Below, piece by piece: positions 27,783 through 36,648 of a stretch of 64,000 nt of DNA (positions are counted from its first letter, which is position 1; each line of letters starts with the position of its first letter). Position numbers and translations under genes: made by a program. The stretch lies in IMG/VR virus record IMGVR_UViG_3300027806_000001, positions 64,001 through 128,000 of that record. One strand, 5' to 3'. A model generated the notes under the pieces. It was not told where the DNA came from, did no database searches, and saw only the letters and a program-made list of their open reading frames with translations. This stretch comes from a virus.

Positions 27783-30700
27783 TCCAGGATCCTGACCGTG
27801 TCGGTCGCCGACACCTCGCCGCGGTTGAACGCCTTGATGGCGTCCTCGCGGGTGCGGAAGGTCTTGGCCACGTTCTTGTCGGCCTTCTGCCGGCTGGCCA
27901 GGTACAGGCCGTAGAGGAACTCGTTCTTGATGAAGGGCTGCGCCTGGAAGGTCGCCGCCGAGAGCAGGTTGCGGCTAGGCAGCATCTTGCGGTAGGCCTC
28001 GTCGACCGCGGCCTGGGTGCTGGGCACGTGCAGGCGCATCTGGTCGCCGTCGAAGTCCGCGTTGAAGCCGACGACGACCGACGGGCTCAGCCTAAGGGTC
28101 GGCCCCGCGGTGAGCACCGGCCTGGCCGCCATGAAGTTGTACTTGTGCAGCACGGGCGCGCGGGTGATCATCACCGGGCGCCGCTGCATCTCGGCCAGCA
28201 GGGCGCGGTTGGCGGTGGGCGTCCTGGACTCCACCTGCTTCATGGCCTCGAGGGGCGACGCCCCGCTGGCCACCAGGGCGCGCACCACGTACGGCCTGAA
28301 GACCGAGTAGGCCATGTCCTCGGGCACGCCCACGTGGTCCATGTCCAGGGACGGATCCGGGGTGATGACCGCGTTGCCGACGCCCTCGACGGTCGAGGAC
28401 AGCACCTTGCGCTGGAACATCGAGAACTTGGGGTTGCTGCCCAGGATGTGCCGGATCAGGCCGTTGACGTTCTTCTGGCGCAGCTTGGCGCTGGCGGGAT
28501 CCGCCAGGCCGACCGTGGCCTTGACCATGTTGTACAGCGCCAGGCGCTCCTTGCCGGACGCCTCCTGGCCGAGCTCGCCCTGCAGGTCCTTCAGGTTGCG
28601 GTTCATGCCGAAGAGCTCCTTGTACAGGTAGTTCATGTCGGCGACCATCTGCATGTTGCCCGTGTCGGTGATGGGCCGGAACCGCGGCGGCAGCACCGGC
28701 ATGTCCTCCCAGAGGAAGTCCGACGGCTTGAGGTTCCGCTTCGTCATGCCCTCGAGGTACGAGAGCCTCGAGATGGCGTTGCTGCGGCGCTGGCCCCTGG
28801 CGGTGGCGATCTCCTTGCGGGCCATCTCGGCCTCGGCCTTGAGGTCCATGCCGCCGAGGCGCTGCTCCAGGCCCGCCATGCCGTCCACGCCCTTGACCTT
28901 CTCGCCTGAGATGACCCGCTCGAGGTCCTTCTTGGTGAAGCCCATGAGCGACCTGACGGCGTCCTCCATGACGGGGTTGACCACCTTGGCCGCCAGGGGG
29001 AAGTGGCCGAACTTCGACTGGTTGGTGCCGAAGATCTTGTCGTCGAAGAAGCCGCCGTCGTAGGCCTTGCCGGTGCGGAAGTCGATGTCCCGCGGATCCT
29101 GGATCTCGCCGCCCGAGAGCTTCTTGACGTCGGAGCCGGTCATGCCATAGATGTTCACGGCGCCGCCCTGGCGCTCGACGTTGACGCCGGCGCCCTTCAG
29201 CTGGGAGACGAACTTGTCCCAGACGAACGGCACGTTGACCGCGGGGACGGGGGTGCCCATCTTGACCGCGCGCCAGTACTCGTCGTTCTTCTGGCCCCGG
29301 ACCAGGCGGGCGTCCTTGATGACGTCGATCGCGCCGTGGGCCAGCAGGGCGTTGATGTCGCTGATGGAGATGCGCTTGGCGCCCTCCTCGCCGCCCTTCA
29401 CGGGGGCCTCCTCGGTGCTGTAGCCTCCGAGGTCGCGGGCCGTGAGCTTCTTCTCCGCCTGGTGGTGCAGGTTCATGAAGTAGCGGTTGCCGGTGAAGAT
29501 GCCCTCGATGTTCCGGCCGAGCCTGGGATCGAACAGCGTCTCGGTGTCGGTCAGGCCGTTCTTCTTCAGCTCGCGCTGGGCCATGTCGATGTAGGACTCG
29601 TCGACGAAGGCCGGCAGCTTGTAGGGCACCCCGGTCTTCACCGCGATCTTGCCCAGGGCGGCCTCGACGGCCTGCACCGGGTTGACGCGGCTGGTGAGCG
29701 CCAGCGGGTTGAAGGCGATCTCGTAGGGGTTGCCGTCCTTGTCCTGCGGCATGTCCTTGTCGTCGACCACGGCCGAGACGACGCCCTTGTCGCCGTACCT
29801 GCCGACGAGCTTGTCGCCGACGCCCATGGGCTTGTAGCTCTTGATGGCCACCTGCCAGCCGCTGCGGGTGCGGGTGACGTCGGTGACGACGCCGGGCTGG
29901 CTGTGGTCCCAGGTCTGCGCCCGGTTGCTGTACGCCGGGCGGGTGCGCTTGACCAGGCCGAAGGTGTCGCCCTGGCGCTCGCCGACGCCCAGGATGACCG
30001 GGTCGCCGGGATTGACCATGGTGCCGACCTTGACGACGCCGGACCCGGCGTCGATGGCCTTGAGCTGCTCCTGGGAGTAGACGCCTGGGAACAGCGAGAC
30101 GAACCGGGAGTAGTCGGCCGAGTAGTCGTCCTTGGAGTCGTAGCCGATGGTGTACATGTGCTCCGAGGACATCTTCTCGGCCGCGGTCTTGGACATCACC
30201 ACGCCGTCCTCGAAGTTGGCGCCGCCGAGCTCCGGGTCGCCCCACACCGTGTAGGCCACGCGCAGGTTCTTGCCCATGGCGAGCCGGCCCTTGTCGTCGG
30301 TGTAGTTCGACTTGGCCAGGAGCTGCCCCGGCTGCACCTGGTCGCCCACCTTGACCATCGCCGTGTTGTGCAGGAACGTGTTGTGAATGACCAGGCCGCA
30401 GTTCACGGCGAAGACGTGGCTGTTGGCCACGGTGAAGTCGTAGACCCGCTCCTCGGCAGGCGCCTCGACGACCTCCTCGACGATGTCCCACATGACGTCG
30501 GACTTCGCCCAGGCCTCGAACGGACCCCTGGCGTTTTGGCGCGACACCTTTCCTGCGGATGCGTCCTTGTAGGCGCGCATCGGAACATCGTGCTCAAACC
30601 CGGCATAGACCAGCTGCCTGCTCTTGGCCGGCAGCGGTATGAACTCGAACACGGAGGTTCGGTAGGAAGAAGACCTCAACGACGAAAGTTTGAGGTTGCG

Positions 30701-33700
30701 GTCGGAATAGAGGAACCACTTGTCCAGCTTGGCCAGATGCGTCGAGATGACCCTGAGGCCGTAGGCATCCGCCCAATTCGGATTAGTGGAACTGAGCTGC
30801 CTGTCGGAAAGAACCGTGGAGAACACCCCGAGGCCGGACAGAAGATCGATGAGAGCGTCACGCATGGCGCGGGAAGTGGTCCATGCTTCCAATTGAACCG
30901 CGCCATTCGAGTCCTCGTGCAGGCATCCGTCGCCTGCGAAATAGCCTGCGACAAGGCCATGCCTGAACGCTTCGGAGCGGTCGAAGGCTCTTTCGGACGG
31001 ACACTTGTGAGCGCTGCCGTGGCCAAATTCAGCCACCAGCCACGACGCCACTTCGGAGGAGGTAAAGCTGACCTTGCCGGCGTCCGCCTTGTTGTCGTGA
31101 GGCTTCAAGCCCAGTTGAACAATCAGTTGCTCGAGTTCAGCCCTGCGAGAAGCATCCTTCACCGCGAGGATGACCATGTTCGGCTGCGAAGGCGGAACAT
31201 GGCCCTCGGCCAGGTAGATGCCGGCCAGAAGACCCCATTCGTGGGAATCGCGTTTATCGACGGAGTCCTTCGGATTGTCCATTGCGCATACCGGCAGTCG
31301 AGTCGTGCCGACCACGCACTCGTCCGGGTACAGGGGCACCAGCTTTCCGTCCTCTCCCATGGTGACCAGGGAGTGGTCCTCGGTGACGACCACGGTCCTG
31401 CCACCGCGGGTGCGCACCTGGACCATCCTGCGGTCGTTGGTCAGCTCGACGAAGGCCGTCACGGGCTCCCACGAGGACCTGCAGGTCTCCGGATCGATCG
31501 AGCGGATGAGGTCTCCTGCCGCGAAGGCGTACTGGTCCGCGCGCACGTGCATCCTGCGGTCACCCCGCAGAATCCACACCTTGGTGGACCCCTTGACGCA
31601 CTTCCTGTTGAACGGGAAGTTGTTGTAGGTCTCGTACCTGCGCTTCGTCTTGCCGTGCTTCACCTCGACGAAGTCCGGGTCGACCGCGGTGACGACGCCG
31701 GGGCCCAGCTCCTTCTCCGCCGTCACGGCCGCCAGGGCCGACTGCAGCTGCTCCTCGTAGGCGCGGCCCTCGGGATCCTCGGAGTCGAGGCCCTGCACCA
31801 GGGGCGACTCGGCGTCCCGCACCGGCAGGGCCTGGGTGAAGTACTTGCTGCCCATCAGCAGGCGGCCGCCCTTGATGCCCGACACGCCGGGCACGAGGTT
31901 CGAGTTCACGTTGAACATCGCGTTGTGCGACGGCAGCTCGAACTGCACCGCCTTGGGGTCGACGTAGGAGATCTCGCCGCCGACCATGGCGCGGACCATG
32001 TCGCCGGTCTTGGCGGCCTTGGCCAGTTCGCCCGGGAAGGCCACGATGGAGTCGGTCACCTGGCGCGCGGGCACGGGCTTGACCTCGCCGGTCCTCGGGT
32101 CGCGCAACCTGGAGTAGAGCTGGCCGTCGGTGCCCTTGATGGCGCCCACGGTGAGGCGGAGGTCGACGCCGACGCTGGAGCTCTCGGGCGTTCGAACGGG
32201 ATCGATGAACCCGAAGTGCGACGGCTGCACCGACCGGCTGTCGATGGGAATGCCGTGGGCGCCCGAGGAGATGCCGCCCTCGCCGGTGCGGATGACGCGC
32301 ATGTTCTGGTCGAGGATCTCCATGGGGTTCACCTCCTCGATCGGAGCGCCAAGGCCGGAGCCCATGAGCACGCCGTTGAGGGCCGGGGTGAACACGCCGT
32401 TCTTCAGCGGCTCGAGGTTGCCGCGGTTGGTCGCCTTGAACAGGGCCGTCCGCAGGATGCCGCCGGCGTCCTTCTCGATGCGCTCCGAGAAGAAGTCCTC
32501 CGGGCCGAGGAACTTCTGGTAGGCCAGGCTGTCGCGGTCGTCCTGGTCCTCGAGGCCCTTCTGAGCGTTGAGGATCTTCTGGCTGGCCCTCAGCAGGGTG
32601 CGGCCCGAGATCTTGCCGAAGTCGTCGTCCGTGAGATCGACCGGGGTCATCGGCCCGATCTCCACCGGGGCGGCCTCCTTGGTCTCCATCAGGGTGTTGA
32701 GGTCGGCCGCGGCCTTGACCCCGACCGACAGGCGGAATCCGCCGCGCGGCTTGGGGTCGAGCAGCAGGCTGCGACGGAGCTGCTCCAGCTCGGGGCACTC
32801 GATCTCGACGCAGTACTCGCCGCTCATCGGCGGCAGCACCTTGACCAGGTCGTAGGTGAAGCGGCGGCCGGAGCCGCAGGTCGCCTCGAAGTCCTTGCGG
32901 AAGACCTTGCGCAGCTTCTTGATCTCGTCCGCCTCGATGACGGTCAGCCTGCCGTCGCCCTTGGCGATGCCGGGAGCCTTGTCCGAGTCCCTGAGGGCGT
33001 AGTACACGCCGTCGATCAGGCCGGATGGAACCGTGATGTAGCCCTCGGAGTCGATGCGCAGGGTGCCGCGGATGGGCACGGAGGCGGCCTTGGCGCGGTA
33101 GCCCAGCGTGCGCCGCGTCACCTCGGGGTCGAGCACCGTGGACTCGAGGGCGGTGCGGATGCCGGAGTAGATCGTGTTCTCGTCGAGGTCCTTGGACGGC
33201 TCGTTGGTCAGGCGCTCGTAGATGCGCCCTGCGTCGTAGGCCGAGCCTTCCTTGCTGGACGCCAGCAGGTCCTTGCCCCACGTCTTTTCAAGTTCATCAT
33301 CGGTGACGCCCAGGGCGCGGAACATGGGGTAGGCCGGGGCGACGGACTGGCCGATCTCCACGACGAACTTGCCGGTGTCCGGCATGAGGGCCATGCGGAA
33401 GCCGCGGCCCTTGCCCGGCAGGGTGTTGAAGTGAGCCTCGTACTCGCCCGACTTCCTGCGGCGGACGAACGGGCCCGGCAGGAGGCGGGACTGGTTGGTC
33501 ACCACGTACTCGCTGCCGTTGGAGATGAAGGTGCCGCGCGGGGTGAGGTACGGCACGCGGGCCAGGGTGACCGGCTTGTCGGTCTGATCGATGACCGCCC
33601 CGGTGGCGTTGTCCTTCATGACCAGGTGCCCGCGCAGCGGGGTGTACAGGCTCTGGCCCTGCATGAGGGCCTTCTGCTGGTCCTTCAGGGTGTACTCGGG

Positions 33701-33883
33701 GGCGCCGGCGTAGTCGACGTCGGCGGCCTCGACCGTGTACCGGGAGTTGGACAGGGGGAACCTTGCGGCGACGGCCTTCCGGACGCCGTCCAGGATGTTC
33801 CGGCGGATCGTGGAGTAGTCGTCGAAGCGCCGCATCTCGGGCTGGGCGGGGGCCAGCAACGAGTTCAGGTCCTGGGGAGGCAT
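27779..33883 (-). CDS. rpoBC: Single-chain DNA-directed RNA polymerase: beta fused to N-terminal half of beta', with intein
   Basis: beta: HFGFIDPVRTPES, NFEDG, GDKLVGRYGDKGVVS, NPLALTSR; beta': GHFPL, PVLPPRFRP, RAPVLHK, FNADFDGDQM. Confidence 0.93.
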   Translation of the reverse strand: MPPQDLNSLLAPAQPEMRRFDDYSTIRRNILDGVRKAVAARFPLSNSRYTVEAADVDYAGAPEYTLKDQQKALMQGQSLYTPLRGHLVMKDNATGAVIDQTDKPVTLARVPYLTPRGTFISNGSEYVVTNQSRLLPGPFVRRRKSGEYEAHFNTLPGKGRGFRMALMPDTGKFVVEIGQSVAPAYPMFRALGVTDDELEKTWGKDLLASSKEGSAYDAGRIYERLTNEPSKDLDENTIYSGIRTALESTVLDPEVTRRTLGYRAKAASVPIRGTLRIDSEGYITVPSGLIDGVYYALRDSDKAPGIAKGDGRLTVIEADEIKKLRKVFRKDFEATCGSGRRFTYDLVKVLPPMSGEYCVEIECPELEQLRRSLLLDPKPRGGFRLSVGVKAAADLNTLMETKEAAPVEIGPMTPVDLTDDDFGKISGRTLLRASQKILNAQKGLEDQDDRDSLAYQKFLGPEDFFSERIEKDAGGILRTALFKATNRGNLEPLKNGVFTPALNGVLMGSGLGAPIEEVNPMEILDQNMRVIRTGEGGISSGAHGIPIDSRSVQPSHFGFIDPVRTPESSSVGVDLRLTVGAIKGTDGQLYSRLRDPRTGEVKPVPARQVTDSIVAFPGELAKAAKTGDMVRAMVGGEISYVDPKAVQFELPSHNAMFNVNSNLVPGVSGIKGGRLLMGSKYFTQALPVRDAESPLVQGLDSEDPEGRAYEEQLQSALAAVTAEKELGPGVVTAVDPDFVEVKHGKTKRRYETYNNFPFNRKCVKGSTKVWILRGDRRMHVRADQYAFAAGDLIRSIDPETCRSSWEPVTAFVELTNDRRMVQVRTRGGRTVVVTEDHSLVTMGEDGKLVPLYPDECVVGTTRLPVCAMDNPKDSVDKRDSHEWGLLAGIYLAEGHVPPSQPNMVILAVKDASRRAELEQLIVQLGLKPHDNKADAGKVSFTSSEVASWLVAEFGHGSAHKCPSERAFDRSEAFRHGLVAGYFAGDGCLHEDSNGAVQLEAWTTSRAMRDALIDLLSGLGVFSTVLSDRQLSSTNPNWADAYGLRVISTHLAKLDKWFLYSDRNLKLSSLRSSSYRTSVFEFIPLPAKSRQLVYAGFEHDVPMRAYKDASAGKVSRQNARGPFEAWAKSDVMWDIVEEVVEAPAEERVYDFTVANSHVFAVNCGLVIHNTFLHNTAMVKVGDQVQPGQLLAKSNYTDDKGRLAMGKNLRVAYTVWGDPELGGANFEDGVVMSKTAAEKMSSEHMYTIGYDSKDDYSADYSRFVSLFPGVYSQEQLKAIDAGSGVVKVGTMVNPGDPVILGVGERQGDTFGLVKRTRPAYSNRAQTWDHSQPGVVTDVTRTRSGWQVAIKSYKPMGVGDKLVGRYGDKGVVSAVVDDKDMPQDKDGNPYEIAFNPLALTSRVNPVQAVEAALGKIAVKTGVPYKLPAFVDESYIDMAQRELKKNGLTDTETLFDPRLGRNIEGIFTGNRYFMNLHHQAEKKLTARDLGGYSTEEAPVKGGEEGAKRISISDINALLAHGAIDVIKDARLVRGQKNDEYWRAVKMGTPVPAVNVPFVWDKFVSQLKGAGVNVERQGGAVNIYGMTGSDVKKLSGGEIQDPRDIDFRTGKAYDGGFFDDKIFGTNQSKFGHFPLAAKVVNPVMEDAVRSLMGFTKKDLERVISGEKVKGVDGMAGLEQRLGGMDLKAEAEMARKEIATARGQRRSNAISRLSYLEGMTKRNLKPSDFLWEDMPVLPPRFRPITDTGNMQMVADMNYLYKELFGMNRNLKDLQGELGQEASGKERLALYNMVKATVGLADPASAKLRQKNVNGLIRHILGSNPKFSMFQRKVLSSTVEGVGNAVITPDPSLDMDHVGVPEDMAYSVFRPYVVRALVASGASPLEAMKQVESRTPTANRALLAEMQRRPVMITRAPVLHKYNFMAARPVLTAGPTLRLSPSVVVGFNADFDGDQMRLHVPSTQAAVDEAYRKMLPSRNLLSAATFQAQPFIKNEFLYGLYLASRQKADKNVAKTFRTREDAIKAFNRGEVSATDTVRILE
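30380..31600 (-). mobile_element. Intein (407 aa) with LAGLIDADG homing endonuclease
   Basis: NRK|CVKGST ... FAVNCGLVIHN|T; block B VTEDHSL; LAGIYLAEG and VAGYFAGDG. Confidence 0.92.
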
Positions 33884-33889
33884 TCCCGG

Positions 33890-33898
33890 ATTATAGCA
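33890..33898 (-). promoter_or_regulatory. Extended -10 (TGcTATAAT), leaderless RNAP transcript
   Basis: TATAAT is 6 nt before the ATG; no RBS. Confidence 0.6.
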
Positions 33899-33912
33899 AA
33901 GTCAGGCAGGGC

Positions 33913-34956
33913 TCAGAGCTTGAACTTGACGTTGCCGTCCTGCTCCTCGAGGTCGATGCCGGAGTGCAGCACCTCCTCGCCGGTCTGGCGCCGAAGCAGC
34001 GCGTTGAGCTCCTTGAGCTTGCGCCGCTCCGGGTCCTCCTTCATGCTCTCGTTCATGAGCTTCCAGCCGACCAGGCCTCCGATGCCCACGGGCAGGCCCA
34101 TGAGCAGGTAGCTGAGGTTGCCGGGGAAGTTCGTCAGGCCGTGGGCTTCCACAGGCGGCCTTTCCTTGATGACCGCGACGCTCGGATCCAGGCCAGGCAC
34201 CGCGCGAACGCCGTCCTCGGCCTGCTTGACCGAATCGGCCAGCTCGTCGAGCGCCGAGGAGATCTTCGAGGTGGGCTCGTTCAGCGCCGCCTCGAACTCG
34301 CGCTTGGCCTTCTTCAGCTCGTCGTCGATGCGCTGCTTGCGCCGCATGTCCACCAGGCGCGTGCCCAGGATGTACGTCGCGACGCCGGGGGCGATGGCCG
34401 CGATGGGCCACGCCGCTCCTGCCAGGACCGGCCCCGTGAGCCATCGGTCGATGGCGCCGTCCTCGGACTGCTTGAGGGAGGATTCGTTCCCCATGTCCTC
34501 CATCTCCTCGCCGGAGAGGCCGGACTGCTCGGACTTCCCCTCGGGCAGCATCTTGTCGGCCTCGGGAGGCTGCTCCTCGACCGACTTGCGGCTGCGTGGG
34601 ATCTGCACGCGCTTGCGGTACTTGTTCTTCCTGATCTCGTCCAGCTCGCTCAGGTCGCGCAGCTCCTTGGCCCCGCCGTAGCCGGCCGAGAGGGCCAGGC
34701 CGCCCAGGGCGCTGGTGCCGGCCAGGGCGGCCAGCACGGCGGCATCCGCCGAGCTGAGGCCCAGGGCGGACTTCTTCTCGGGCAGGCCCTTCCGCGGCGT
34801 GGAGGCGAAGTCGGTCACGTCCTTGCCGGACATGCTCGAGGCGGCCTCGCGGGCCTTGGACGATCCGGTGGCCTTGCCCTCCTGGATCGCCTTGACGAGG
34901 CCGAAGAACCGCTGCTGCTTCTTGCTGGTGGATGGCATCGCGCTGCTCCTGGTCAA
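33913..34956 (-). CDS. Putative virion protein
   Basis: N-terminal PSTSKKQQRFFG...DFAST..KGLP basic module seen in phage head proteins; several hydrophobic Gly/Ala segments. Confidence 0.6.
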   Translation of the reverse strand: MTRSSAMPSTSKKQQRFFGLVKAIQEGKATGSSKAREAASSMSGKDVTDFASTPRKGLPEKKSALGLSSADAAVLAALAGTSALGGLALSAGYGGAKELRDLSELDEIRKNKYRKRVQIPRSRKSVEEQPPEADKMLPEGKSEQSGLSGEEMEDMGNESSLKQSEDGAIDRWLTGPVLAGAAWPIAAIAPGVATYILGTRLVDMRRKQRIDDELKKAKREFEAALNEPTSKISSALDELADSVKQAEDGVRAVPGLDPSVAVIKERPPVEAHGLTNFPGNLSYLLMGLPVGIGGLVGWKLMNESMKEDPERRKLKELNALLRRQTGEEVLHSGIDLEEQDGNVKFKL

Positions 34957-35525
34957 CCGCCTGAATTGTTGTTCTCGAACGGACGCCAGTCCCAGTCAAC
35001 CGGACGGTTGCCTTGCTCGTAGTACGGCTTGGGAGCCTCTCCGCCGAACATGGAGTCCCACGCCGTGCGGTTGATGGCCGCATCGGCCACGGCGCCCTGG
35101 TGGACCAGCTGCTCGACCGTTCCCTTGTGCTCGGGACTCTTGCTGAGCGTCTGTGCGGCGGTGCCGTACTGCTCGGGATTGTCGAAGTACTGCGCCTCGT
35201 CTGCAAGGCGCGAGTTGACGAAGTAGCGGCCGCCGAGGCCAAGACCAAGGCCGGCCAGGGCTCCGATGCCTCCAAGGCCCGACTCGCCGCGGCGACGGCC
35301 GCGCAGGCGGTCCAGGATGGAGCCGACGCCGTAGCCCAGCAGGGCGCCGCCGGCGCCGTAGAGCAGGTTGTTGCCCAGGCCGCTGTCGGCTCCGAACGGA
35401 TTGACGAATCCGTGCAGGTCCCTGGCGTTCCACTGGCCAGGCGCAGCCGCAGCGTAGTAGGGCGTGTCCGCCTGCTTGCTCTCGGTTTCGGCCCGCTTCT
35501 GCATGTGGTGGGAGTAGTAGGCCAT
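34953..35525 (-). CDS. Putative virion protein (YxHH...KxA, Gly zipper)
   Basis: MAYYSHHMQKRA; GAGGALLGYGVG, GGIGALAGLGLGLGG. Confidence 0.6.
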   Translation of the reverse strand: MAYYSHHMQKRAETESKQADTPYYAAAAPGQWNARDLHGFVNPFGADSGLGNNLLYGAGGALLGYGVGSILDRLRGRRRGESGLGGIGALAGLGLGLGGRYFVNSRLADEAQYFDNPEQYGTAAQTLSKSPEHKGTVEQLVHQGAVADAAINRTAWDSMFGGEAPKPYYEQGNRPVDWDWRPFENNNSGG

Positions 35526-35527
35526 GG

Positions 35528-35923
35528 TCAGGATTCCTTGGGGCTGCAGGAAATGCGCATTGTATCAAGGTCGCCCAGGTACTGGGGCAGCTCCTCGGCG
35601 GGGATGGTCAGGTTGACGGCGTACTTGATCCAGGAGATCCAGTTCTCCTTCGCGGGTATGAACTCCGACTCCTCGGTGAACTGGCACCAGCCGCGGCTCT
35701 GCCACTTGACCAGCACGTCGTTCAGCTTGTTGTACTCCTCGAGGTCCTCTTCGTTCCACAGGCGGAACTGCCGGCTGCGGAAGAAGGGAATCTCCTGGGG
35801 CAGCGACTGGGGAGGATCGGTCGGCTTGATGATCGGCCGGACGGATCCCATGAAGGGCGCCCCGTCGCCGAGCTGCGAGAAGCCTCCGAGCATGATGCTG
35901 GCGGGTCCCAGGGGGTCGCTCAC
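35528..35923 (-). CDS. Hypothetical protein
   Basis: 131 aa, coupled. Confidence 0.6.
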   Translation of the reverse strand: MSDPLGPASIMLGGFSQLGDGAPFMGSVRPIIKPTDPPQSLPQEIPFFRSRQFRLWNEEDLEEYNKLNDVLVKWQSRGWCQFTEESEFIPAKENWISWIKYAVNLTIPAEELPQYLGDLDTMRISCSPKES

Positions 35924-36231
35924 TTGGATTCTCCCTTGGCCTTTTCCTTGGCCTTTTCCTTAGCCTTCTCGCCCAGGTCCAAGGCCCTGGCGTTGCCCTC
36001 GGCCGTCCTCTTGGCGATGTCCTCCGGGGTGGTCGGCGCATCGGGCGCCGCGTCCCACTGCTGCTTGGCCTTTGCGGATCCGTAGCCCAAGCCTCCGCCC
36101 AGGCCGGCGCCTCCCAGGCCCATCATGACCGCGGCCAGCTCGTCGTTCGGCTTGACCAGCTTGCCGAGGCCGTAGCCACTGGTGCCGCCGATGCCTGCGC
36201 CGAGCAGGGCCCAGAGCAGTTCCTGGTTCAT
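35920..36231 (-). CDS. Gly-zipper membrane protein
   Basis: GAGIGGTSGYGLG, GLGGAGLGGGLGYG. Confidence 0.6.
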   Translation of the reverse strand: MNQELLWALLGAGIGGTSGYGLGKLVKPNDELAAVMMGLGGAGLGGGLGYGSAKAKQQWDAAPDAPTTPEDIAKRTAEGNARALDLGEKAKEKAKEKAKGESK

Positions 36232-36617
36232 GCCAGTCCCTTTCGAACCTCGTTGGTCGCCTGGCGGTACTTGGCCAGCAGGTGCAGCTTCTTGGCCTCG
36301 TCGGCCTCCGAGAACTCGGGCAGGATCTGGCCCTCGGGATCGACCACGTCGGTGCCCTTGTTGTACATCCAGTTGGCGCCGGCTCCGGCGATGCCGCCGC
36401 CCACGAGGCCCAGCGCGGCCAGGGTCAGCGCCAGGTTGACGGCGCCCTGTCCAGTGTTGACGGCCTTCTCGCCTGCGCCGAACGTCTTGGAGGCCACGTC
36501 GGAGACGGCGTCAAAGAATCCCTGCTTGCACATGAGCAGTTCCGACGGAGTGAATCCCAGCTCGGCCGCCCTGGTGCAGAACCCGACCTTGAACCGCATT
36601 TTCGCTGCTTCGTCCAT
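36228..36617 (-). CDS. Putative virion protein, one TM
   Basis: FKVGFC.RAAELG..P.E...KQG; LAALGLVGGGIAGAG; leaderless after TTGAGC-17-TAGACT. Confidence 0.6.
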   Translation of the reverse strand: MDEAAKMRFKVGFCTRAAELGFTPSELLMCKQGFFDAVSDVASKTFGAGEKAVNTGQGAVNLALTLAALGLVGGGIAGAGANWMYNKGTDVVDPEGQILPEFSEADEAKKLHLLAKYRQATNEVRKGLA

Positions 36618-36648
36618 CGCAGTAGTCTACCTTATGCGGAGCCTAGGC

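Noticed and set aside
29003-34111. 1702-aa plus-strand ORF
   Set aside because: Antisense shadow of the RNAP gene caused by GC-rich codon bias; same for most long plus-strand ORFs
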